Under the pieces are notes generated by a model, which saw only the letters and a list, made by a program, of their open reading frames with translations, was not told the DNA's origin and searched no databases. A stretch of 63,954 bases of DNA, counting the filler, from Octopus bimaculoides (Eukaryota), in NCBI RefSeq assembly GCF_001194135.2. It is 6 parts of 4 records of this genome, joined end to end, with 100 filler letters (N's around TTAATTAATTAA, not from the genome) between each part and the next. Parts side by side here need not be neighbours in the genome. Positions count along the whole stretch, not along the records: positions 1 to 28,263 come from NC_068982.1; positions 28,364 to 47,674 come from NC_068987.1; 4 more parts are not named here. One strand, 5' to 3'. Each line of letters begins with the position of its first letter. The stretch's first letter is position 1. Positions 26,334-37,636 of the stretch are shown here, piece after piece. The position numbers and the translations under genes are program-made.

Positions 26334-27439
26334 GTAAGTATCAGTATGTTCCTACATAAGTAGCCTATGATCTGTTATGTCAGCCTATGGAATTAGTGAT
26401 AGGTATATAATTTGATATATGTAAGTTATCAGTCTGTTGTAAGGTACCATTATTATCATTTCTTGTTTATAGAGGAACCCAAAGCTAAACAAGCTTTCTG
26501 CAAGGCATCAGTATAACATGGCTATTGAAANNNNNNNNNNNNNNNNNNNNNNNNNNNNNNNNNNNNNNNNNNNNNNNNNNNNNNNNNNNNNNNNNNNNNN
26601 NNNNNNNNNNNNNNNNNNNNNNNNNNNNNNNNNNNNNNNNNNNNNNNNNNNNNNNNNNNNNNNNNNNNNNNNNNNNNNNNNNNNNNNNNNNNNNNNNNNN
26701 NNNNNNNNNNNNNNNNNNNNNNNNNNNNNNNNNNNNNNNNNNNNNNNNNNNNNNNNNNNNNNNNNNNNNNNNNNNNNNNNNNNNNNNNNNNNNNNNNNNN
26801 NNNNNNNNNNNNNNNNNNNNNNNNNNNNNNNNNNNNNNNNNNNNNNNNNNNNNNNNNNNNNNNNNNNNNNNNNNNNNNNNNNNNNNNNNNNNNNNNNNNN
26901 NNNNNNNNNNNNNNNNNNNNNNNNNNNNNNNNNNNNNNNNNNNNNNNNNNNNNNNNNNNNNNNNNNNNNNNNNNNNNNNNNNNNNNNNNNNNNNNNNNNN
27001 NNNNNNNNNNNNNNNNNNNNNNNNNNNNNNNNNNNNNNNNNNNNNNNNNNNNNNNNNNNNNNNNNNNNNNNNNNNNNNNNNNNNNNNNNNNNNNNNNNNN
27101 NNNNNNNNNNNNNNNNNNNNNNNNNNNNNNNNNNNNNNNNNNNNNNNNNNNNNNNNNNNNNNNNNNNNNNNNNNNNNNNNNNNNNNNNNNNNNNNNNNNN
27201 NNNNNNNNNNNNNNNNNNNNNNNNNNNNNNNNNNNNNNNNNNNNNNNNNNNNNNNNNNNNNNNNNNNNNNNNNNNNNNNNNNNNNNNNNNNNNNNNNNNN
27301 NNNNNNTTTACTCTCTACATCACACAATAATCATAAATGAGTTCTGTTCAGTCATGGAGAAATATTACCTTGCTTGGAAGTAGGTGTGAGTTGGTGACAG
27401 GAAGGGCATTTAACTGTAGAGAATCTTCCTTAATGAATT

Positions 27440-28020
27440 TGCATCTGAACCATGCAGGTATGGAAAGTGCACCCGTGCTGGTGGCACATAACAAAATCAA
27501 CTTTTGTATGTCGGGCGGCCTCATGGAAGCAAAGTGGTTGAGTACCTTTCGAGCGTTGGTCCTCATGGAGGTGAGGTGGCTGAGTTCCTTTTGAGCAGGC
27601 CTCACGGAAGCGAGGTAGCTGAGTTCCTTTCGAGTGTTGGGCCCTCACAGAGGTGAGGTGGCTGAGTTCCTTTTGAGTGTTGGGCCTCATGGAGGCAAAG
27701 TGGCCAAGCTTCCTTTGGGTGTTGGGCCTCACAGATGCAATGACCAAGATCTTTGGCATTATGTTGTGCTTGAGCAGACTCATCAAGCCGAGCAAAATCA
27801 CAGTCGTGACAGATACTGGTGTCATGCAAATGGCACCTGTGCTGGTGGCACATAAAAGCACCCATTACCCTCTTGGAGTGGTTAGTGTTAGGAAGGGCAT
27901 CCGGCTGTGGAAAACCATGCCAAATCAGACTGGATCTTGGTGCAGCCTTTCAGCGTGCCAGCCCAGTCAAACCATCCAACCCATGCCAGCATGGATAACG
28001 GACGTTAAATGATGATGATG
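27440..28020 (+). mobile_element. SINE-like retroposon with internal 42-bp tandem array and (ATG)n tail
   Basis: Duplicated GCACCYGTGCTGGTGGCACATAA motif (27470, 27833); five full units plus a partial unit from 27519; tail TTAGGAAGGGCATCC...GGACGTTAAATGATGATGATG, recalled as RTE-type. Confidence 0.8.
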
Positions 28021-28263
28021 TATATATATGTATATATATTTAATGACTTTCACCAAATTTTACAGTGTATGAGTCAAGCAGTGGCTACAGTAGAAAACTT
28101 TGATCTCAAGTGCAGAGATTTGCACTTGAGATGAAACTTAGAACTACATGGTTGTGAAGTGAGCTTAATGACCCCATGATATATGTGATTATAATTTAAA
28201 AGGAGTATGTTGTACTATAGTGAATTTAATGCATCCGGGAGTTAAGCCAGTTTTATATAAAAC

Positions 28264-28363
28264 NNNNNNNNNNNNNNNNNNNNNNNNNNNNNNNNNNNNN
28301 NNNNNNNTTAATTAATTAANNNNNNNNNNNNNNNNNNNNNNNNNNNNNNNNNNNNNNNNNNNN
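28264..28363. other. Artificial scaffold-join spacer (44 N + TTAATTAATTAA + 44 N)
   Basis: Exactly 100 nt; the palindromic 12-mer has TAA in all six frames; identical at five sites. Confidence 0.97.
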
Positions 28364-28369
28364 TATATA

Positions 28370-28830
28370 CAGGGGTTGGACAAAATAATGAAAACACCTA
28401 GCATAATAGCATCATAATTTTGAAATATCTATTAAACTGTCAAAAGCTTGTTTATTTTTGTGTTTTTTTAAATTTATTATTAGTGTTGCTTAACATGTTT
28501 TGCTAAAATTGCTGTTTCTTTTCAGATATCATCAGAAAAAGGCAATTAAAATTCAATCGGACTTTCAAAGAGGTCAAATTGTTGGTGCTCGTATGGCAAG
28601 CACTTTGCGTAACGAAAACAGCCAAAATGTTTGGTGTATCAAGAAGTACTGTCTCGAAAGTAATGACAGCCTTTGAGATAGAGGGAAAAACCTCCTTGTT
28701 GAAACAAAATTCCGGAAGAAAACCAAAACTTTCAGATAGGAACCGTCACAAATTTTTAGAAAGGATCAGAAAATTACAGATCACAAAATTACTGCAGAGC
28801 TTAATGACCACCTCGAGAACCCAGTTACCA
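28370..28830 (+). mobile_element. Tc1-like transposon, 5' TIR plus N-terminal HTH fragment
   Basis: TA|CAGGGGTTGGACAAAATAATG TIR; SDFQRGQIVGAR then VTKTAKMFGVSRSTVSKVM...SGRKPKLS (frameshifted). Confidence 0.88.
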
Positions 28831-28831
28831 C

Positions 28832-29140
28832 TCAGTCACAGAGACCGGAAAGGCAGACGCTGCGAACTGATACAAGAGGCATGTCCCTGTTACGATATTC
28901 CCGTCATGATTCAATGAATGGTTGCGCTATTCAGCGGCTCGCCGTAAATAAAATTCGGGGATGACAGCGCTAAGCAGTGATGCGCATTAATCCAAACTTG
29001 TTACAAGTTCAAATATGCCTGGGGCATATCCAAACCCATGAGAAAGCCATACACTGTATTCTGTCATGGAGAAGATTTCTTTATTTATTCATATATTCCA
29101 TATCATACATCCAGGTAGATTTAAATTAACCGTTGCTATT
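28832..29140 (-). repeat. Left arm of ~300-bp inverted repeat (Penelope-type terminal repeat, truncated within the hammerhead core)
   Basis: Reverse complement of 30539-30836 apart from a short T-rich insertion; ends after CTGTGACTGA. Confidence 0.85.
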
Positions 29141-30096
29141 CCAGAACGTAAAGACAGACGAAATACCACTAAGCATCTTGTCCAGTGTGCTAACGATTCT
29201 GCTATCGTGCTGCCTACCATCCTATATTAACCAAAATAGTAATGATCAATTTGTAAAATCAATTAATTTGAATGATAATTAATTAAAATAGTAATTACTC
29301 ATTTATAATGGATATATAATTATTTGTAATTAGAAATATAAAGAAGACATTTAAAAGTCAAGAGTTTAGTCAGAATAATAAATGTGTAAATACTTCATGA
29401 GATGCCGGCAGAACAGCGAGTATCTAAACAATAACGTAACTGTTCACTCTTAATACCTTCTGTAAGATTCGAACGTGAAAATACTAATCGCTATTGTATT
29501 TCTTCCTCGGAGGATATCTCCTTTCTTTAAACGGCCCCAATTACATCAATGTATCGCGTGTGTTATATATGAGCACACATCGTCTAAAGGGAGATGTCTC
29601 CGATGGCGAAATATAACGGATATCAACAGGTTCACGTTCGAATCATCCAGAGTTTATTAAAGATCAACTGGTACATTTTGTTTATACTCTTGCTGTTTTG
29701 CGTTCACCTTATGAATTATTTGTTCGACAGACATCAGTAAGCTTCAACAAATAGTTTGCTTGGTAATTCTTATAAACAAGAGTCAGTATTGTTGTTTATG
29801 TTTATTGATCCGGGATAACTTTCACTGAAGAGACGCTCAATATCGTTGAATAAAAAGTCCCCTTACGTCATTGAATCGTGTATCATGAGCATACATTTCC
29901 TGAAAGGAAGAGTTGTTTTCCGATGATGAAATACAACAGTGATCAGTATATTCTCTTTCGAATCTGCCAGGACGTATTAAGAGTGAATTGAACTGTTATT
30001 AATTAAATTTATAGAATATAGAATATAGATGTATAACATTATGCTTAATTATATTTAAAAGAAACTATATCAAATATATAAACAAAATAGATACAC

Positions 30097-30137
<41 letters not shown>

Positions 30138-30212
30138 TCACACAAATGCCAGCAAACACAAACACACACACACGTAAGTATAGACGGATGGATGGATGGA
30201 TGGATGGATGCA

Positions 30213-30440
30213 TGGGTTGTTCGGAAAGTTCGTGCCCATTTATAGTAGCTTACCTTTCGACTTATTTGCCATGAAACCACCTCAGTTCTGGGAAGAGGGT
30301 ATTTTCAAGTTAAAAGTTAACTGGAGACGCATTGTGCAACAAAATGGTTCATATTGGTTGATTAAAAACGTAATGGCAAGTATTTATTGACCTTTTCCTT
30401 TCCTTTAAAAATCGGCACGAACTTTCCGGACAACCCAATA
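30213..30440 (+). mobile_element. Internally deleted mariner (MITE-like)
   Basis: TGGGTTGTTCGGAAAGTTCGTGCC ... GGCACGAACTTTCCGGACAACCCAATA TIR pair; internal FWEEGIFKL..WRRIVQQNGSY resembles the mariner C-terminus. Confidence 0.85.
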
Positions 30441-30538
30441 AATAAACAGAATGTAGTTTTGAGGATTGGAATACAGGTGTACACCTGGTATAGAGATTAG
30501 AAACTTTTGAACGATTGAGAATAACTGAAATGTAATAA

Positions 30539-30990
30539 AATAGCAATGGTTAATTTAAATCTACCTGGATGTATGACATGGAATATATGAAATCTTCTCC
30601 ATGACAGAATACAGTGTATGGCTTTCTCATGGGTTTGAATATGCCCCAAGCATATTTGAACTTGTAGCAAGTTTGAATTTATGCACATCACTGCTTAGCG
30701 CTGTCATCCCCGAATTTTATTTACGGCGAGCCGCTGAATAGCGCAACCATTAATTGAATCATGACGGGAATATCGCAAGAGGGACATGCCTCTTGTATCA
30801 ATTCGCAGCGTCTGCCTTTCCGGTCTCTGTGGCTGAAGAAGCGATAACCACTCCGAAATGCACGTGTCCCACAGTCTGGTTAATGTGCGTTGTGAGCTGA
30901 CTTATTTGTCTACACCTATTTGTCTACAGCAAGAATTTTACAGTGAAAGGTTTTCTTACTGGTTCAACTTTCTTACTGCCACGAGCCTGT
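30539..30990 (+). repeat. Right arm of the inverted repeat, continuing through a hammerhead motif
   Basis: See 28832-29140; contains the motif at 30827-30874. The right boundary is approximate. Confidence 0.75.
30827..30874 (+). ncRNA. Type I hammerhead ribozyme motif (stem II damaged)
   Basis: CTGTGG-CTGAAGA-(16 nt)-GAAA-TGCACGT-GTC-CCACAG: perfect 6-bp stem I, intact core, GUC cleavage triplet. Confidence 0.7.
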
Positions 30991-31009
30991 TTGAACAGGT
31001 ATATATATA

Positions 31010-31170
31010 TTGGTAAGTTTACGTCCCCGTAACTTAGCGGTTCGGCAAACGATACCGATAGAATAAGTACTAGGCTTACGAAGAATAAGTTCTGGGGTCG
31101 ATTTGTTCGACTAAAGGCAGTGCTCCAGAGTGGCTGCAGTCAAATGACTGAAATCAATAAAGGAATAAAA
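31010..31170 (+). mobile_element. SINE family A, 3' half
   Basis: TTTACGTCCCCGTAACTTAGCGGTTCGGCAA...GTCAAATGACTGAAA. Confidence 0.85.
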
Positions 31171-33176
31171 GAATAAAAATAGATATAATTTAATCTTAGA
31201 TAATAGGCTGTGATTTCGTGGAAATTTGAGGAGCTATTTTTATCAGATCAAGCCGCCATGGAGAAGACTTTGGTCATTGACTCTAAGTAAAATTACCCTG
31301 ACCAGATTTGCAAAGAGACTTACAATGAAAGGATTTCCCACCATAAAAACCCGCCGTCTTTTGTATATTAACGACTACAATGTCCAATATATTTCCATAT
31401 CAAACCATCTGAGAATGACTTTGAAACGGTGATATAATCTTCCTGATTTAAAGTGACCTAAAATAAAACCTTACATCCAAATGTCAAGTTAATCTATGAT
31501 CCAAACACCTGCTTAATATTGACTAAGTTATTTTACTGAATTTTTCATTATTTTAAAATTATTTGAAATAAAGGTAGCATATTTCAACGAAAATTTAGTA
31601 AAAAAAAAATAAAGATTGGGAGGGATCCTTTCGCTACCATTATTAGCTGGCATTACGACCTGCAAATTCTCACTGAAATCCATCCTACTATCCTTCAACA
31701 ATCATTAGTTACTGTAATTCGAAAGACATTATGCCTGAAAAAAAATGGAGAGTCGTGGTTGGACTGCTTATAATGATTGGTCCGCTGGATCAGGTCCGAC
31801 TTGGGGTTAAAACAACAGCCACAACATTAACACAACCAGAGACACCAAAAGTCTTCGACAACCATCCCCACCAGCATCACAACTAGAGCTACTACATTGT
31901 AGTGACCTATTGATGTATGTGTAGTAGTTTTTTAAACATTCATTTCCGCCTAAAGATGGTAATTTACGGCCAATTAGAGCCTAGCTTTGATGTGCTCTCG
32001 CGCCGGCGCATTACAGCTGGCTGTCATAACGGTTAGCCAATAGCAGTTAGTCAGGCGTACAACCAATCAAATTGAATGAGGGTTTCTTTCTATAGGGGGT
32101 TGATCATCAAACGAAAAACAACTTTAGTGTTGGTGTTAGTATTATAAGTGGTTTATAAGTGGTAGTGGGGGTGATGGTGATGGTGGTAGCGGCAGTGGGA
32201 TGATTGCATGTGTTAGTGGTGGTGGTGGTGTGGTTATTGTACATGATGGTGGTGATGGCGGTGGTAGCCGTAGTAATAGCGATGGTGACGGTATATGGTG
32301 GTGGTGGTGGTGGTGGTTTTGGTAATGGCGTATTGTAATGCTGGTGGTGATAGTGTGGGTGATTGTGTTTAGCCCCAGATCAACCACTGTTGCGCAGATT
32401 TATGATAAAACAACGTTTAGATCAAAATGCTTCTGTCATCTTTTGTAGACTAAAAGTCGATCTAGATTTCATTATCTAATATCCGCCCCCGATGTTTTTT
32501 CTTTATCGCGAAGTATGATTTGAGGGAGATTTGACTATTATTACTAGCAAATCGATCGACTGTGTTGTAACATCTTCGTTAACTTATCCATTGCTATGTG
32601 ATTGGTACCGTGCGTGTGTGTGAGAGAGAAAGGGAGAGAGGGGGGAGAGGGAGAGAGGGAGGGAGAGGGAGAGAGAGATAGAGAGGGAGGGAGGGAGAGA
32701 GAGAGAGAGAGGGAGAGAGAGAGAGAGAGAGAGAGTGCGTATGTGATGTCTTTGATAGGGTGTTTAAGAGTGTCTTGTAGTATGTGATGCATGTAATGTG
32801 CATGTGTTTAGAGAGTGTGGTAACGTTTCATGGTTTAATTGAAATTAAAATGGGAATTAGGACAAAGGAAGGATGAAAAGAAGAATATTTTTAAAAAACC
32901 GAAAGAAACAAGTAAAATTGTTTTAAAAAAATGAAAAAAGACAGGAAAAAGTTAAAAGGGAGAAAGAATAAAAGAAACAAAGAGAAAAACGAACGAATCA
33001 AACACAAAAAGACACAGAAACAGAAAGAAGGAAGAAAGGAAAGAAAGAATGAAGGAATCAATGAATAAATTAATGAAAATGAGAAGAATCGCTCAACACG
33101 CAGGAGTGATCCTATAGGATACACACACACACACACACACACACGTATATATATATATATATATATNNNNNNNNNN

Positions 33177-33244
<68 letters not shown>

Positions 33245-33245
<1 letters not shown>

Positions 33246-34810
33246 AGCCAAAATAAGTTTAAAACCGATGATGATAGTTCTATTCCTTCATTAATATATT
33301 TTTAACAAAACTATATAATATTATTTTACTTTTTACAGTTTATGTAGAATTTTTTTCTCTTTCGAATGATCTAGGCGTTATATATCTTTCTACAATTCAA
33401 ATAATTTTAACGCGCAATTAATTCAAATAATTAAAAATTGTCGGCAAAATAAATTTAAGACTGTACTAAGATTGCGCAAATTAATAAACCAAATGGGTGG
33501 TCACATGGCTAGTCGCACAGCACTGTTTTGTTTAATACTCGAGCACTGTTACAGATTTATTTGCTATGGGAAAGCGTCATATATCAGCCCAGTTGCTAGA
33601 TGAAAGATCGTGTTGCTTCGTCAGTAAAATGTGTCCTTCATGAACATTAGCAAGCAATCAGGATACTGCAAAATGGCCAATACAAAGATCGGCTAAGGAC
33701 CGGCGCTCCGAGAAAAACAACAGTACAGATGGATCGGCGAATTCATAGGCTCTCTGAAGGTAACCATATACTAACAGCAGTGGACATTTGCAAGCAATTA
33801 TCTGATGAAACTGACATCAGTTTTGCACCACAAACTGTCAGAAAGCGCCTAAAAAAAATTGGACTGTTCGGCCGGATCGCTCGAAAGAACCTGATAATTT
33901 TTTAGACGAACCGGCGGAAGCGGATCAAGTTTGTTAAAAGCCGTATTGAATGGACGGCCGAAGACTGTTCAAAAGTTCTTTGGAGCGATAAATCCCGCTT
34001 CTGCATCTTTGGATCAGAAGGAAAGACTTATGTTAGACGCCGTCCAACTGAAGAATTCCATTTTAAGTGTGTCAAGAAAACGGCGCAAGCGGGAGTGGGG
34101 TAATGGTGTGGACCACTTGTCAAGGTTGATGGCAGACTGAACAGTGTAGGCTTTCTGCAACTAGTAAAGGAAAATGTACTGCCATATTTAAATAATCAGA
34201 TGCCACCGGGATCTATTTTCCAGCAGGACAATTGCCCCATTCATAAGACGAGGAAAGTTTTGCAATATTTTGAGCGCAATAATATGGTGGTTATTGAGTG
34301 GCTTCTGCAGAGCCCGGATTTGAATCCGATAGAAAATTTATGGAATTATGTTTCTAAGAGAATTCATGCTAAAAAAAACAATAAATTTGTCCCAATTATA
34401 TAATTTTATTAAAGAAATACGGGAGAACATTCCAAATGATTTTTGTGCTCATTTGTCGCACTTCATGTCTCACCATTGTAAGGCTGTAATTGAAAATAAT
34501 GGCTATGGAACTAGGTATTAAGAATAAATTTTTGTTCGTTGATCATTTGTACCGTAAATTTTCAATTTAGGCAAAAATAATGTTGGTACGGTCTCAAACG
34601 TACTTTGCCGACAATTTTTAATTATTTGAATTAGTTAGGCATTAAAATTATTCAAATTGTAGAAAGATATATAACGCCTATATCATTCGAAAGAGAAAAC
34701 AAATTTACATAAACTGTAAAAAGTAAAACAATTTTATACAGTTTTGTTAAAAATATATTAATGAAGGAATAGAACTATCATCATCGGTCTTAAACTTATT
34801 TTAGTCAGTG
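33245..34810 (+). mobile_element. Tc1 (DD34E) transposon, near full length, ~220-bp TIRs
   Basis: 33245-33468 is the reverse complement of ~34585-34810; the right end reads ...GTCAGTG (CACTGAC terminus). Confidence 0.92.
33566..34521 (+). pseudogene. Tc1 transposase, frameshifted
   Basis: MGKRH..., KVLWSDKSRF, QQDNCPIH, SPDLNPIENLW with exactly 34 residues between the second D and E; several frameshifts. Confidence 0.92.
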
Positions 34811-34814
34811 TGTG

Positions 34815-34853
<39 letters not shown>

Positions 34854-35001
34854 NNNNNNNNNNNNNNNNNNNNNNNNNNNNNNNNNNNNNNNNNNNNNNN
34901 NNNNNNNNNNNNNNNNNNNNNNNNNNNNNNNNNNNNNNNNNNNNNNNNNNNNNNNNNNNNNNNNNNNNNNNNNNNNNNNNNNNNNNNNNNNNNNNNNNNN
35001 N

Positions 35002-35033
<32 letters not shown>

Positions 35034-35323
35034 ATAAAACTGAGAATGTGTGTTTGTCTGTCTGTACGTGTGCATCACTAAAACTCGAGAACAACACAAC
35101 CGATTTCATTTTAATTTTACACAGCCTTACACAGTCATAGACCCAAAACATTTTCAACTTCTAGCTTGATGCAAGCCCGGAGCAATGTTAAAAGTGAAAC
35201 AGTAACATCTCTATCGTAATGTGAGATTATACTTTCAGTTTTAATAGTTTCACTATTAATACTTTCACTATGCATATATATTAGTTTCATTTCTATTAGT
35301 TTCACTATGTATTTATATACGCT

Positions 35324-35361
<38 letters not shown>

Positions 35362-35622
35362 AATATACATACATATGAATATGCATATATGTTTATATCT
35401 TTGTGTGTATTTATATATATGTATATGTGTATATATGTATGTATATATGTATATATATATTTATACATGTATATGTATGTATATATATATGCATGTATAT
35501 GTATGCATGTATATGTATGTATACATATATATGTATATATATGTATTTTTATACGCATATATATATGGATATATATCTATATATTGTTGATATATATATG
35601 TATATATATCTATATATTGGTG

Positions 35623-35654
<32 letters not shown>

Positions 35655-36535
35655 NNNNNNNNNNNNNNNNNNNNNNNNNNNNNNNNNNNNNNNNNNNNNN
35701 NNNNNNNNNNNNNNNNNNNNNNNNNNNNNNNNNNNNNNNNNNNNNNNNNNNNNNNNNNNNNNNNNNNNNNNNNNNNNNNNNNNNNNNNNNNNNNNNNNNN
35801 NNNNNNNNNNNNNNNNNNNNNNNNNNNNNNNNNNNNNNNNNNNNNNNNNNNNNNNNNNNNNNNNNNNNNNNNNNNNNNNNNNNNNNNNNNNNNNNNNNNN
35901 NNNNNNNNNNNNNNNNNNNNNNNNNNNNNNNNNNNNNNNNNNNNNNNNNNNNNNNNNNNNNNNNNNNNNNNNNNNNNNNNNNNNNNNNNNNNNNNNNNNN
36001 NNNNNNNNNNNNNNNNNNNNNNNNNNNNNNNNNNNNNNNNNNNNNNNNNNNNNNNNNNNNNNNNNNNNNNNNNNNNNNNNNNNNNNNNNNNNNNNNNNNN
36101 NNNNNNNNNNNNNNNNNNNNNNNNNNNNNNNNNNNNNNNNNNNNNNNNNNNNNNNNNNNNNNNNNNNNNNNNNNNNNNNNNNNNNNNNNNNNNNNNNNNN
36201 NNNNNNNNNNNNNNNNNNNNNNNNNNNNNNNNNNNNNNNNNNNNNNNNNNNNNNNNNNNNNNNNNNNNNNNNNNNNNNNNNNNNNNNNNNNNNNNNNNNN
36301 NNNNNNNNNNNNNNNNNNNNNNNNNNNNNNNNNNNNNNNNNNNNNNNNNNNNNNNNNNNNNNNNNNNNNNNNNNNNNNNNNNNNNNNNNNNNNNNNNNNN
36401 NNNNNNNNNNNNNNNNNNNNNNNNNNNNNNNNNNNNNNNNNNNNNNNNNNNNNNNNNNNNNNNNNNNNNNNNNNNNNNNNNNNNNNNNNNNNNNNNNNNN
36501 NNNNNNNNNNNNNNNNNNNNNNNNNNNNNNNNNNN

Positions 36536-36576
<41 letters not shown>

Positions 36577-36580
36577 ATAT

Positions 36581-37260
36581 AGGCGAACTCTAGCTTAGTT
36601 AAAATCTTTGTCACATATTTCAACTGCTTAAAGACAAATTCACTGCAGTCTCTACGGAGAAAAATTCTCTTATGTGTCCAGTCCTGCCACCTGTCAGATT
36701 CCCAGATATTCCTAGCTCTTTTGCCGTTATCAATGGGAGATACCGAAGAGAAGCAACGCTAGAGAGACCTAATCAAAGCCGTGGCTTTAACTAAAATGCA
36801 GTCAACAGCATCGACTGATTTGCGCCAGTAGACCGCCAAGGTCGTAAAAATTACAGTTAATATTAGGTGATTTTTTTATTATTAGAGAGAGATTTTCTCC
36901 ACTGTAGCTGCAGTGAATTTGCATTTAGGAGATGGAATATGTCACAAACATATTTTAACTAACGTAAAGTTCGCCTATGATTAAACACTGCTTGGTACTG
37001 ATATTACAGTAATTTTCACGACTTTGGCAGTTTACTGGGGCAAATCAATCAATGTTCTTGACTGTATTTTAGTTAAAGCCACGGCTTTGATTAAGTCTGT
37101 CCAGAGTTACCTCTCTACAGTAATTCCCACTGATAACGGCTAAAGAGCTAGAAACATTAATATCTGGGAATCTGACAAGTGGCAGCACTGGACAGATATA
37201 GTGTTTTTACGTAAAGTTCGCTTATGCCTTAACACTGCTTGGTGGTGATATTACTGTAAT
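36581..37260. repeat. Crossed inverted duplication (A-B-A'rc-B'rc)
   Basis: 36581-36669 pairs with ~36885-36977; 36670-36865 pairs with ~37000-37200; a ~50-bp linker (ACGTAAAGTTCGC...GATATTAC) occurs at 36962 and 37209. Confidence 0.8.
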
Positions 37261-37399
37261 ATATGTATATATGTGCGCGTGTGTGAGTGTTTGGGCGTAT
37301 ATATGTATAGAAATATGTATGTAAATATGTATATAAATATATATATATGCGTACACACACACATATATATTGTATATAAATTTATACATATATATATAT

Positions 37400-37626
37400 T
37401 TCTTTATTGCCCACAAGGGGCTAAACATAGAGGGGACAAACTGGGACAGACAAAGGGATTAAGTCGATTACATCGACCCCAGTGCGTAACTGGTACCCTA
37501 TTTATCGACCCCGAAAGGATGAAAGGCAAAGTCGACCTCGGCGGAATTTGAACTCAGAACGTAACGGCAGACGAAATACCGTTAAGCATTTCGCCCGGCG
37601 CGCTAACGTTTCTGCCAGCTCGCCGC
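37400..37626 (-). mobile_element. SINE family B, young copy
   Basis: Reverse complement is colinear with 19873-20099; CpGs retained. Confidence 0.92.
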
Positions 37627-37636
37627 NNNNNNNNNN

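Noticed and set aside
27519-27740. CRISPR-like periodic array
   Set aside because: The units are contiguous tandem repeats without unique spacers, inside a eukaryotic retroposon, with no cas genes.
28308-28319. TTAATTAATTAA as a biological motif (PacI site or piggyBac TTAA)
   Set aside because: It is always centred in exactly 44+44 N, so it is an assembly linker.
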